In this document: piece after piece, positions 10,963 through 21,681 of the stretch
Position numbering within the stretch: the first letter of the stretch is position 1
How the letters are laid out: each line of letters begins with the position of its first letter
NCBI RefSeq assembly: GCF_000142905.1
Contig: NW_013657650.1
Coordinates: 131,388 to 195,387, forward strand
DNA: 64,000 nt
Direction: 5' to 3'
Origin: Thecamonas trahens ATCC 50062
Lineage: Eukaryota; Protista; Apusomonadida
Program-made: the position numbers and the translations under genes
Notes under the pieces: generated by a model
The model's database searches: none
What the model was told of the DNA's origin: nothing
Seen by the model: only the letters and a program-made list of their open reading frames with translations

Positions 10963-13900
10963 TCATTCATTGATGACATCGTCAACTAGCCGGCACAGTC
11001 CATCTATCAGCCCGCTTCGTGTCGACTCTTGCGCCACGTCCCAAGAGAGCTTGAGTGCACACGCCGCCCGAGGCCGGCCGCAGAGGACAAGGCCGGCCAC
11101 CATCACATCGAGATCGGCACGGGCCACGTCGCCCAATGACGGCTGCGCTCCCGCGATTTGATCACGGAGGGGAGGCGGCAGCGTCGGGGGGTTCAGCGCA
11201 TCGCGCGGCAGCGCCCGCTCCACCAGCAGCGCTACCGCAGCCTGGATTGCCGCGCGGGAAATCGGCTTGAAGAGGCAGAGGTCCATTCCAGACCGCAGCG
11301 CCTCTTTCTCGGCTCCCGTGTCTGCCGTCACCGCAGAGATCGGCAGCCGCCTGTCGCACTCGCCATCGCACTCAAGCATGCGGAGCTCTGCTGCCGCTGC
11401 ATAGCCGTCCTTGACAGGCATGTGGCAGTCGAGGAGAACAAGGTCAACCGCGTGGCAGTCGGCGTTCAGCTGGCTCAGCATCTCGTCGCCGTCGCACGCC
11501 TCGGCAACCTCGGCTGACATGTTCGCGAGCAGTGCGGAGAGAACCATTCGGTTCACCTCGATGTCATCCACAACTAGCACCTGAAGCTTGCCGCCAGGAA
11601 GCTGCGAGAACTGGAGCATGTGTTCGACCTCGGCCACCTTCGCTCGCACCAGCGCCCGACATGCCGCGTCCATCAGATCGTCGCGGTCCACAGGCGGTGC
11701 CAGAACCTCGTCAAAGCCATCAACATTGCCGAACACGTCGTAGTCATCAACCACCGCAGCCAGGGTGATACCATCTGGGTTGCCGAGCGCTGTTCGTGCC
11801 GTGTGTGCCAGTTGCGGGAGCCCGTTGCTCCCGTGCGAGCCATCGATCATCACCAGATGCGGCAGCTGGTGTTGTGCCCGCGCCCGCCCCAATGCCAGCA
11901 TCATCTGCGCCCCGCTTCGGCATGTCACGACTTGCGTCACACCCATAGCGGCGAGTGTCGCCACTAGACCAACCTTATCGCTGACGCATACCACCGAGAC
12001 CGAGGCTGCCAGGCCGCCGTCGCCACACGCGTCTAGCACGCTCCGATGGGAAGGCCACGAAATGACGGCATCAAGTTCGGATCGGCTTAGTGTCGCTGAC
12101 GCTGACTGTGACGTTGACACAGTCGACTGATCTCCGAGCGACAACTCGCGCGAGTACGACAAGTGTCGTACGCGATGCCTCGCCCGCTGCCGTTTCTTGC
12201 TGACGCTGTGAGCATGGGCCGGTACACCGTCGAGCACTGCAAGCGCGGCCTGCAGGACTCGCAGCCGCCCGACGTCCGATGCCACCGTTGCCACCGTGCT
12301 CTTCAGCCCACTCTCAGTAGCACTTGCAGCATTGCCTGCCTCGCTTTCGCCAATCACAATGAACCGCGTTCCGAGTGCGAGCGGACTTGGGTTGTACCGC
12401 CCCAGCGAGTGCAGGACAGCCCACGCATCCAAAATGGTCTCATCCGGATCGAGGATGACGAGACTATATGGATCGCCAAATGAAGCGGCGTCGCGGATTT
12501 CGACCAACGCGTCGAAAGGGTCTGCCAATCTCACCACGTCGGTCGCCCGGACTGGTGCCTCTTGAAAGTGTTGGGCTAGCCACGCCGCCCGTTTGGCATT
12601 TGCCCCCACCACCAGAATCGACGCCTCCTGCAGCGGCCGCACATCTCCAAGCACGCGCGCGTGTTGCGCTGCCGTATCTTGCACCGCACCAAACACAAAC
12701 GTGGCGCGGAACGCCGACCCAAGGCCCGGTGCAGAGTCAACACTCACATCTCCGCCACAGAGCCGGGTCACCTCCTTGACAACCACTAGGCCAAGCCCAG
12801 CACCGCCGTGCTTGCGCCTGATGCTGCCATCGGCCTGCTCAAACGGAGCAAAGACTCGCTTCACGAGCTCACTGCTCATCCCGATTCCAGAATCGGCCAC
12901 GGTCACCGCAATCTCCACAGGCAGCACCGCCGCCCACGGAACGTCAGCCTCGCTGGTAGTCGCCGGTGCATCATCGTCGTCAGGCTCAGAGTCAAAGAGA
13001 TGCGCGGCGTCGTTGCAAGGCACTGCCCCAGGCAGTTTGACACCGTCACCGGCCGGCTTCACTCGCACCGCAAGCCGAATTTGGCCGCGCTCGGTAAACT
13101 TGACCGCGTTCGAGATGAGGTTCATGAAGACTTGCCGGATCCGTCGCGAGTCGCCAACACACAAAGGCGGCAGCTCGAGGTCCGCGCTCACCCGCGCGAT
13201 GGATACCGCATCTTTGCCCGCCGCCACAAGGGCATTCGAGAGCATAATCTCCATGTCGTCAAGCAGCGCCTGGATCGAGAAAATCTGGTAGTGCAGCGCG
13301 AGATTGCCCGAGTCGGCCTGTGCAAACGTGAGCAGGTCGTCGAGGAGTGAGAGCAGGGCGCGCGCAGACTTGTCAATCACCGTCATGTTCTCACGCTGGA
13401 CCGTCGTAAGCGCAGTCGACTGCATCGCCGACGTCATGCCGAGCACCCCGTTGAGCGGCGTTCGGAGCTCGTGCGAGATGTTGGCGAGAAACTGCGCCTT
13501 GGCCATGACTCGCTTCTCCATCTCGCGCCGGGCTGCAGCCTCCAGCGACGCCCGCATCCGCTCTGACACATCCACCAACGTCGTGGTAAACCGTGGACAC
13601 CCATTGGCATCCATCTTGCGTTCCACAACAACGTCGACAGGCACCAGGGTCCGTCCATCGTAGCATGCCCGCGCGTTGCGGACCACCACAGCCAATCGAC
13701 GGCCATCTGCCAGCCGTGAGTCCGAGTCACTTCGCTGGAGCTGCATGCTTATGCCCTTGGGTGCGGCTTTCGGCTTCTCATGCACATCCGCCGAAGCAAG
13801 CGTCTCGATCCGCAGCGCAATCTCGTCCGAAAGTCAAACGACGATTCTGGCAAAGTGTCTTCATCGTCGTCCGAGGGCAGCTCTCCGCCGTCGAGTGCCT

Positions 13901-14824
13901 CGAGCCGGGCCGTGACTTGAGACCACAGTGAGTCGAGCGAGGGGACAAGGCCGGCCAGTGGCGAGCCAACCAGGTCTACAGACTCGGTCCGACCGAGCTG
14001 GCGGAGCGTAGCCATGTTGCAGCTTAGGACGATACCGTCCTCGGCGCACTCGAGGTAGGCATCACCCGAGGCTGAGAGAACTTCACGGAGCTTGTGTTCC
14101 GACGCCGCCAGCGCAGCCTCGCGCTCGGCCATCTCGGTGATGTCGCGCGCCACGCAGTACTTGTAGTTGTGATCGGACGAGATCGACCACAGCAGTTTCT
14201 TGTACGTCCCATCCTTGGCCATGATGCGATTGGTAAAGGTGACGAGCTTGACGCCGCCCTGGTTAACCTTGCGAACCATGGCCATCGTCTGCGCTTTGTC
14301 GTCAGGGTGGTTGCGCTCCACAAGCGGAATGGCCTTTAGCTCCTCCTCGCTCCATCCCAGCACCTCGGTCCACATCGGGTTGATGATCTCCAGACATCCG
14401 CGGTAGTTGATGAGGCAGAGCATGTCGAGCGACTGCTCAAAAACTGGTGGAGCGGGCCGCGAACAATGTCGACCGCCCGGCTCTCGCCGACGACCACCAC
14501 CAGCCGGGGCTCGTCCACGCACGCATCAAGTCTAAACTCGAGCTGGCCCTTGTGACTCTCGATCGCAAACTGTGACTCGCCAGTCTTCCTGCAAGCTTCT
14601 TGGATGTCGCCTGCGTTGACATCCCACTCGGCAGCGGCGAGCAGGTCAATCATGGCCGTGTTCGCCACAACCAGGTCAGAGCCGCAGGTCGCCACCGCTT
14701 CGGCAGACAAGCCCGTGCCGGTGAGCCATGGGCTTTCGGGCGGAGTCTCGTCCGGCGGCACCGGAACAAGGGCCACAGGGAATGGTGAGAGTCGTGCAAA
14801 GGCCAGCGCCCCCTCCACATTCAT
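10963..14824 (-). CDS. Cytoplasmic hybrid histidine kinase: PAS-PAS-HisKA-HATPase-REC(x3, last intact); 3 ORFs joined by 2 frameshifts
   Basis: FLANISHELRTPLNG H-box, NLISNAVKFT, DSGIGM, FEQAD, GAGLGL; terminal receiver VLVVDD...LDCHMPVKDG...TA...KP; PAS (F)FEQSLDMLC...INPMW..VLGWS; breaks at A5 14439-14443 and A3 13830-13832. Confidence 0.9.
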
Positions 14825-15085
14825 TGTCGCCGCCAGGTGGTAGGGGTGAGGGGGGGGTGGGGGGGTGAGAGCCGTGTGACGAACGAGCCATGGCACCGAA
14901 CGTCTTGGCCGCGGTAATTGGCGCAAACGCTATCACGTGTCAAATTGTAGTCAGATCGCGTCCACGTGTGGTCCACCACTGGTCACAGCGAGTCAGCTAC
15001 TGTGGCCGGTGCCCCCAACGGCGACCCTGCCTTTGTTGGAGCTGCAATTGGGGCAGTTGGGGGAGGCGAGAACCGGCTGCTGGCG

Positions 15086-16438
15086 CTACGGCTCGGGCTC
15101 GTCAAAGCGGAGCACAATGTCGTACTGCGAGAGCTCGGCGCGGAGCTTGACAAGGTCAGAGTAGAGGTCGGCGAGCTGGGCCTCAGTGGCCGTGAGCGAG
15201 ACCTGGCCACGCATGGTGAACTTCTCGCCGTAAGACGTCGAGGCGTGGGCGGTGTCCATATCGTCGATGGCAAGGGCGTGCTTGGCAAAGAACTGCGCCA
15301 GGTCGCGGACAAGGCCCGGACGGTCTGGCCCGTACAGCGAGAAGAAGGCGCGCCGGATGGCTGCGCCGGGTAGTGGTGCGGTGCTCGGCAACGCGTCGAT
15401 GCGCTCTATAAATTGCGAGACATCCGCGGTTGTCTCGGGATCCGACGCGTCCGACTCGGTCGAGCCTGCAGCCTCAGCCGGCCACTCGCTCTCAGGCACA
15501 CGCACGACGACGTTGAGGCCCGAGGCGAGGAGCGCCTCGCGCAGCTCGTCGTAGTGGCCGCGATCGACGGCCACCATCATGATGTACGCAGCCTCGCCGC
15601 CGAGCTGGATCATCTTGGACTCGTAGCAGTTGCCGCCAAAATCATGGACCATGCCAGCAATGCGCGGGAGGAACGAGACGTCGGCGCCTGGGCCGACGGC
15701 TGAAATGACCACCCGCATGTTGTGGACCGAATCATACTGGAAGAGCCGGATCGAGTCCTGCAGCGCCCGACCCTGGTTGCCCAGAAAATCGGCGTCATCG
15801 TCGACAAGTGACTCGGCCTCCATGGCCCCGCGCATGGCCGAGAGAATGCATGTCCACACCAGTGAGGTGCACGCCACAAACGGGATGCGGAACCAGAGCG
15901 GCGAGACGGTAAAGTTGATGATGGTGGCTGGGACCCAGATCTTCCACAGCGCAACCATGTCGCTCGGCAGGTTGCCCACGTACTCGGCCCGAGCCTGGGC
16001 CACCGACCCGCCGTTGACCAACACCTTGGTCCCATAGAAGGCTGGAAAGTACATCAGCGGATGGTGGACACACTGATCCAGGCCGACCTGGGCGAGCATG
16101 GTCCGCAACCCGCGGGTGTCCTTGAGCCGGGCCCGGATGGGCTTGGCCAGCCACTGGGTGGTGTACGGGAAGATCCGCTGGAAGACCGGCACGTACAGCG
16201 CGTACTGGATGGCTCCGAGATAGACAAAGCCAAAGAGCGCAAACGAGGCGTTCCGCCTCCAGTCCATCGTCTCCCTCTTCTCCACCACCTTTTGGATCAG
16301 GCCGTCAGCAAACGAGGTCTTGCAGCCGGAAAACACCATACCAAAGGCAAACGGCCGCTCTTTGGGCACTCGCAGCGCTCGCGCAGCAACCGCACGCATC
16401 CCTGCCCGGCTCAGCACACTGCTCGCTGCTGCCGCCAT
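15086..16438 (-). CDS. Mpv17/PMP22-family membrane protein fused to two C-terminal GcvR-like ACT domains
   Basis: N-terminal Arg/Ala-rich presequence; ADGLIQ...DWRRNASFALFGF...DQCVHHP...WKIWVPATIINF..PLWFRIPFV..SLVWTCILS; ACT1 VVISAVGPG...GGNCYESKMIQLGGE; ACT2 LYGPDRPGLVRDLAQFFAKH. Confidence 0.88.
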   Translation of the reverse strand: MAAAASSVLSRAGMRAVAARALRVPKERPFAFGMVFSGCKTSFADGLIQKVVEKRETMDWRRNASFALFGFVYLGAIQYALYVPVFQRIFPYTTQWLAKPIRARLKDTRGLRTMLAQVGLDQCVHHPLMYFPAFYGTKVLVNGGSVAQARAEYVGNLPSDMVALWKIWVPATIINFTVSPLWFRIPFVACTSLVWTCILSAMRGAMEAESLVDDDADFLGNQGRALQDSIRLFQYDSVHNMRVVISAVGPGADVSFLPRIAGMVHDFGGNCYESKMIQLGGEAAYIMMVAVDRGHYDELREALLASGLNVVVRVPESEWPAEAAGSTESDASDPETTADVSQFIERIDALPSTAPLPGAAIRRAFFSLYGPDRPGLVRDLAQFFAKHALAIDDMDTAHASTSYGEKFTMRGQVSLTATEAQLADLYSDLVKLRAELSQYDIVLRFDEPEP

Positions 16439-16819
16439 TGCTGCCCCACACCACTCCTCGCTGTGAGTTGGGTGCCGTTCCAGCTGCCAAGCCGTGCGCG
16501 TGGGCGAGCGGTGGTGGTGACTCACCAACAGCACTCGCACACGTAGTCATGATGGGGGGGTGGGGGGTGGGGGGTGGAATAAAAATTGTTTGGACATGGG
16601 GGGAGGATGACGGGAGGCTGAAGGGGGTGGTTGATGCTGTTGGATCCCTCGCCCTCGCCCAAGTCACGCACACACTCGCTCCTCCTTCCCCCCTCCTCCT
16701 GCTCACTCTGCTTTCGGCTCCGTTCTCTCGTACTGAACCACCACTCTTCACCACCACCACCACCCCCGCCACCACCACCACTCTCTCTCTCTCTCTCCCC
16801 TCCCCCCTCTACCATCACC

Positions 16820-18082
16820 ATGCACCGACCGGCGTCTGCAGCTGGGTGGCTGCTGGTCGTGGCTCTGCTCGCACAGGCGGGTGTGGTGCTTGCGGCGACG
16901 GGTGGTGCCACAAGCGGCGGGCATGTGAGCGGGACAGGACTGGTAGTGCTCGCCAACATGACAAGTGCGACGGCAACAAGTTCGTCGTCTGGATCGACAT
17001 CGGCTGCGAGCCCGCCACCACCAGCACACAATGCGACGACGACGGCGACGGCGACAGCGACGGCGACGACGACGGCGACGGCGACAGCGACGGCGACGAC
17101 GTCGGGCGCGACAGGCTCGACCGGCGGGCCGGGTTCGCCGCGATTCGACGTCAGCACGCTGGACATTGTGGTCATTGCCTGTATCACTGGCCTCTGTCTT
17201 CTTGTGGTTGCCCTCGCCATTTTCAAACTCATCACTACCTCGCGCCGCCGCGAGTACATCCGCCTCCGCAACTCGCTCGACATCGACGCTGCCCACGGCG
17301 GGGTGCCGAGCCGAGCCGTCGGTATCGTGGCCAAGGCCACCGGTGTTGGTGCGAGCCATGGCTCGCCACGCCAGTACTCCTCGGGCGACCCTCTCGCTGG
17401 CAATCAGCGCGCCATTACTGCACCGCTGTATGGAACGACCGAGTCGGTCGACATCAACGGCGATGCGTCTGCGGTCGAGGTCCTCCGCGACTCGGGCGTG
17501 GTGTACTCGGTGGGAACGGTCCGCGACCCGGCACGCGGCTCGGTCAACCAGTCGATCATGCGCACGATGTCTGCGTACGAGCTCTCGCGCGGCATGGTTG
17601 GCCCGGCCTTACCCGCGCCGTCGGCGCCCAACTCGGGCCCCGGCTCGTCGGCTGCGCCCTCGCCGCGCCACTTTCTCCTTGCGCCCAATGCTCCTCTTGC
17701 TACTGGCACCGACTCTGACTCGGCCCGCACCTTTGAACCCGATGTGTTTGACGGCGCCGACATGGGCGAGGGCGGCCGGCTCATTGCCACCGAGACCTCG
17801 GCCCTCATCTCGCCGCGCCGCAAGAGCAGCTCGCGCTCGTCATCGCGCGTCGTCTCGCGCCAGGGCTCGCGCCAAGGTTCGCGCCAGAGCTCGCGCCAGG
17901 GCTCGCGCCAGGGCTCGCGCCAAGGTTCGCGCGATCCGTCGCCGACCTCACGTATCCCGACCGTCGTCACCATCCCCACCATCAGCGAGGTACCCGACTC
18001 GCCGTCCCCTGCCACTCATGCTGTTCCCGCTATTCCCGCCATTCCTAGCCCCGCCGCCGCACCGCAGTCAGGCCCGACATAA
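16820..18082 (+). CDS. Type I single-pass membrane protein with mucin-like Thr/Ala ectodomain and SRQG-repeat cytoplasmic tail
   Basis: Signal peptide WLLVVALLAQAG; N-glycosylation sequons NMT and NAT; TM IVVIACITGLCLLVVALAIF followed by basic RRR. Confidence 0.7.
   Translation: MHRPASAAGWLLVVALLAQAGVVLAATGGATSGGHVSGTGLVVLANMTSATATSSSSGSTSAASPPPPAHNATTTATATATATTTATATATATTSGATGSTGGPGSPRFDVSTLDIVVIACITGLCLLVVALAIFKLITTSRRREYIRLRNSLDIDAAHGGVPSRAVGIVAKATGVGASHGSPRQYSSGDPLAGNQRAITAPLYGTTESVDINGDASAVEVLRDSGVVYSVGTVRDPARGSVNQSIMRTMSAYELSRGMVGPALPAPSAPNSGPGSSAAPSPRHFLLAPNAPLATGTDSDSARTFEPDVFDGADMGEGGRLIATETSALISPRRKSSSRSSSRVVSRQGSRQGSRQSSRQGSRQGSRQGSRDPSPTSRIPTVVTIPTISEVPDSPSPATHAVPAIPAIPSPAAAPQSGPT
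17033..17100 (+). repeat. Coding Thr/Ala repeat (GCGACG-based)
   Basis: Encodes ATTTATATATATTTATATATATT. Confidence 0.85.
17855..17932 (+). repeat. 12-bp coding tandem repeat (TCGCGCCAGGGC) encoding (SRQG)x6
   Basis: Directly visible. Confidence 0.9.
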
Positions 18083-18163
18083 CAGTCGCATCTCCACGTG
18101 CCCACATCTCTCTCACACACACTCTCTATCTCTCTATCTCTCTCTTGCTCAAGCCTCCTGCAC

Positions 18164-18703
18164 ATGGCGGTCGATGATGATGCGAGTCGCCTCGTCGCGC
18201 GTATACCAGACGGCTCGCCTTGGGAGAACCAGCACAAGCTCGCGTGGAATGATACATCGATCGTCTCACACGGCTGGTCGGCGACTTGCATCACCGCTTC
18301 GGGTGTCCACACGCTGTGGGCCGAGGTCATGGCAGTCCCGTCCAAGTGGAGCAACGAGCTCCATGTTGTCGCGGGGGGAACCAATTGGCGCAAACACCAG
18401 ATCGCCGCCTATCTCGACTCGGGCCACGTCTACGCTGGCTACGGCGAGTGGATCGCTGACTCGGCCGCGCCGTGGGCCAACGTCGGCACCATCGTCGGCG
18501 TCACCATCGCCGACACGCCTGGGACCAACAGTCTGACGGGCCGTTTCTGGAGAGTCGAGCAGACCGACGACGGCCCGTCTCCGACGCCCGTCGCCACCTT
18601 TGCCGTCCCAAGTCCGTGGGATGGCGTCCTCGGCATCCGCGTCCATCCCCATGGCGCCCTCCGCCTCGTCGATCCGCCGCATCGCCTCGACATCGAGCCC
18701 TGA
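18164..18703 (+). CDS. Hypothetical protein, possibly a degenerate SPRY/B30.2-like beta-sandwich
   Basis: Coding-like codon use; TLWAEV...GTIVGVTIAD loosely resembles SPRY YWEV...GDVIGV. Confidence 0.45.
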   Translation: MAVDDDASRLVARIPDGSPWENQHKLAWNDTSIVSHGWSATCITASGVHTLWAEVMAVPSKWSNELHVVAGGTNWRKHQIAAYLDSGHVYAGYGEWIADSAAPWANVGTIVGVTIADTPGTNSLTGRFWRVEQTDDGPSPTPVATFAVPSPWDGVLGIRVHPHGALRLVDPPHRLDIEP

Positions 18704-19168
18704 GCCCGGAGCGTCATCGCCTCTGCTGCAAAGCATTAGCCTTGCACATAGCTCGTTCACGCATTATGTCTGCCGCAGTTCATCGCGGGTCACAGTCCAG
18801 CGGCCATGCCTGACTCGGGCTCGCCTCGTGGCCATCGCCCCGCATGTAGGCCGCGTGTCGGCCGCGAGCTGGCCCCCATCTCATCGGCTAGACCTCTAAC
18901 CGCACGCCCCCCCCCCCCCCCCCCTCTCCGCCTACCTATGACAGGTCATTACTGGTATGGACTTGCCTGTCTCCCACCCCATCGCCGGACAAGGATAATG
19001 GCGCGATGGCCATCAAGCGCGTCATGGCACGGTGCGGGAGAGGCGGCGACGCGACATGGTGGCAGCGACAAAAGAGAGCCGCTGCCTGAGCGAGGCCATC
19101 AGATGGAGTGGGGAAGGACAAGGAAGCGTACTACGACATCACTCAGAAGAAAGCGACAGTAGCAAAAC

Positions 19169-20596
19169 ATGCTTGTGCGGAGAGTAACGCATGTTGTAGG
19201 CAGTGTAGGAAGGGCAGCTTTGGCAAGCGCAAGCGTAGGCAGCGTGCGGAGCATACTGGACGTGGCGAACAAAGCGACAAAGAGCGGGCGGAAGCGGATG
19301 GTGATCCTCGGGACCGGCTGGGCGTCGTACGCGCTGGCAAAGTCAGTGGATCGCGAGCTGTTTGACGTCACAGTGGTCTCGCCACGGAACCACTTTCTTT
19401 TCACTCCGCTCCTCGCCTCGACCTGCACCGGCACCCTCGAGCACCGGTCGATCATCGAGCATGTGCGCCGCATCGGGTTCCGCTCCGGTGCCGACTTTCA
19501 CCTCGCCGAGGCGACCGATGTTGATCCCGAGGCCAAACGGGTGATGTGCGAGCCTGTTGTTGGGACCGGCGAGCCGTACACTCTCGGCTACGACGTGTTG
19601 GTCATGGGCATCGGCTCGGATCCCAACACCTTTGGTCTCGAGGGCGTCCAAGAGCACGCGCTGTACCTCAAAGAGCTCGCGCACGCCCGCACCATCCGCA
19701 CCCGGGTCCTCGACAACCTCGAGGAAGCGACGGGTGCAATGGCTGGCCGCCTCTCGGCCGCGCGCCGCGACGAGCTGCTCAACGTGGTGGTTGTCGGCGG
19801 CGGGCCGACCGGCGTCGAGTTTGCCTCCGAGTTCTACGACATGGCCGTCACCGATGTCGTCAAGTACTACCCGTCGGTGGCCGACTCGCTCAAGGTCAAG
19901 CTGGTCACCGGCGATGGCCTACTCTCTACCTTCCACGCCTCGCTCCGCGCGTACACCGAAAAGGCGATCACGTCGCGGGCAAACATGGAGCTGGTCAAGC
20001 ACAATGTGACCGCAGTCAAGGCCAATGGCGTCGTCCTCGACAACGGCGAAGTCATTCCATCGGCCTGCATCGTCTGGGCCGCCGGCATCGGCGAGCGGCC
20101 GCTCACCACCCACCTCGAGGCCACCCGTGGCTTCCCGCTCCTCCGGCGCCGGTTCAAGGTCAATGGCCAGCTCCAGCTCGACGGCTTTGACGACATCTAC
20201 GCCCTCGGCGACTGCGCCGCCATCGAGGACAACGTCCACCCACAGACTGCACAGGTGGCCGAGACCCAGGCGTACTACCTCGCCGACCACCTCAAGAACG
20301 TGGTCTACGGTCGGCATGACGCTTCTCAGCCGTACCACTTTCAGTCCAAAGGCGCGCTGGCCTACATCGGCTCGTACCGCGGCGTTGCTGACTTTTCCAT
20401 GGCCCAGCTCAACGCCAAGCCCAAGCCCGCCTCTTCCGAGTCTAGCGCCTCGGTTGGCGCGTTGTCTGGCTTTCACGCCTGGCTCGTCTGGCGCTCGGCA
20501 TACCTGACCAAGCTCGGCTCGTGGCGCGCGCGGATGCAGGTGCCTATCGACTGGATGAAGACCTTTATCTTTGGCCGCGATCTCTCGCGGTTCTAG
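19169..20596 (+). CDS. NDH2: Type II (alternative) mitochondrial NADH:quinone oxidoreductase
   Basis: VILGTGWA, SPRNHFLFTPLL, VVVGGGPTGVEFA, IYALGDCA, TAQVA, FGRDLSRF; N-terminal presequence. Confidence 0.95.
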   Translation: MLVRRVTHVVGSVGRAALASASVGSVRSILDVANKATKSGRKRMVILGTGWASYALAKSVDRELFDVTVVSPRNHFLFTPLLASTCTGTLEHRSIIEHVRRIGFRSGADFHLAEATDVDPEAKRVMCEPVVGTGEPYTLGYDVLVMGIGSDPNTFGLEGVQEHALYLKELAHARTIRTRVLDNLEEATGAMAGRLSAARRDELLNVVVVGGGPTGVEFASEFYDMAVTDVVKYYPSVADSLKVKLVTGDGLLSTFHASLRAYTEKAITSRANMELVKHNVTAVKANGVVLDNGEVIPSACIVWAAGIGERPLTTHLEATRGFPLLRRRFKVNGQLQLDGFDDIYALGDCAAIEDNVHPQTAQVAETQAYYLADHLKNVVYGRHDASQPYHFQSKGALAYIGSYRGVADFSMAQLNAKPKPASSESSASVGALSGFHAWLVWRSAYLTKLGSWRARMQVPIDWMKTFIFGRDLSRF

Positions 20597-20613
20597 GTTG
20601 TGAGGATGCACCA

Positions 20614-21681
20614 TCACACCACCGCGCACCAGGATGCTGCACTCACTGCTCGTTTTTCAGGGTACATGCTGTCGGCAAGCTCACGCAGCGGCCCGTACAG
20701 CGCGGCCCGTGGGTTGTCGGCCGGGCCGGACCGGATTCGCCACACCACCTCGCCGCCGTCGCCGCCTGAGCAGAGGAGCTCAGCGTCCGAGGCCCAATCA
20801 AACAGCGACGATGAGGTCGTCGCCGCCCAGTGGTTGAGCTCGACAAGATAAAAGTGGTGATCGCCGGTGTGTGGCGTGAAAATGCATCTCGGGAGGATGT
20901 CGACAACGCAGGTGTCGACCTCGGGCGGCAGGCGCGGCAGGAGCTCTGTGGCAAACCAGGCCTCGAGGGCAGGCACGAGCGAGGCCCTTGCGGCGTCCAA
21001 CGCCGCCAGATACGGCGCCTTGTAATACTGGGTCACCGCCGTGAGTCGGCGCGAGTATACCCAGCACCTGAGCTCCTGCTCGTGGAATACGTCGTCGGCC
21101 CACGCCCTGACTAGGACCGCTAGCTCGAGCGAGTCGTCGTCGTCTGCCATGAGCAGCCGGCCGATGAGATCCTGGAAGACCCGCCGTGAGCTGCCAAGCA
21201 GCTCGACAGCCTCGCTCCCGCTTGCGACCGCGTTGACCTGGGCGCACGCCCGAATGACCGACGCCACCACCGCGTCGCTGTCGCCCGAGGCGTCAAAGCC
21301 GTTGTTCTCGGACGCAAAGTCGCACAGCGCCTCGTCGATGAGTGCCGACATGGCCTCACCCGACTGGATCCGGGCATCCTTGGGTGACCGCGTCGAGAGC
21401 CGGACAAAGGCGTGCTTGATGCCCATCTCGGTCATGGCGCTGTCGACGGCCTGCGCAAGTGCGTCTAGGACACAACCATCATCCTCGTCGACGAGCTCGC
21501 CGCGGCCGAGGCTGTGCCGGCTCTCCTCACATCTGCGGCGGAGCGCGTTGGCGGTCGCCAAGTCCAGCCTAATCATCCGCGTATCAAACGTGATCTCCGC
21601 CAGCATTGGGTACGTCCGCTCGAAATCAAGCGCATCGCACTGTGTAGCCGACGGCGCCGACCGCGGGATGCGCGAATCCAT
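20614..21681 (-). CDS. Cdc123/R2K-clade ATP-grasp protein with C-terminal CaaX (CAVV)
   Basis: AFVRLSTRSPKDA, ELRCWVYSRRLTAVTQY, VVDI, YLVELNHW and SSLFDW motifs. Confidence 0.8.
   Translation of the reverse strand: MDSRIPRSAPSATQCDALDFERTYPMLAEITFDTRMIRLDLATANALRRRCEESRHSLGRGELVDEDDGCVLDALAQAVDSAMTEMGIKHAFVRLSTRSPKDARIQSGEAMSALIDEALCDFASENNGFDASGDSDAVVASVIRACAQVNAVASGSEAVELLGSSRRVFQDLIGRLLMADDDDSLELAVLVRAWADDVFHEQELRCWVYSRRLTAVTQYYKAPYLAALDAARASLVPALEAWFATELLPRLPPEVDTCVVDILPRCIFTPHTGDHHFYLVELNHWAATTSSSLFDWASDAELLCSGGDGGEVVWRIRSGPADNPRAALYGPLRELADSMYPEKRAVSAASWCAVV

Noticed and set aside
8300-16438. Co-oriented run of bacterial-like genes (hisS, menA, histidine kinase) as a bacterial contaminant or operon
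   Set aside because: Interspersed with microsatellites, poly-G tracts, a probable intron and eukaryote-type genes of the same composition
17033-17932. Short tandem repeats as a possible CRISPR array
   Set aside because: No unique spacers and no cas genes; they are in-frame coding repeats in eukaryotic DNA
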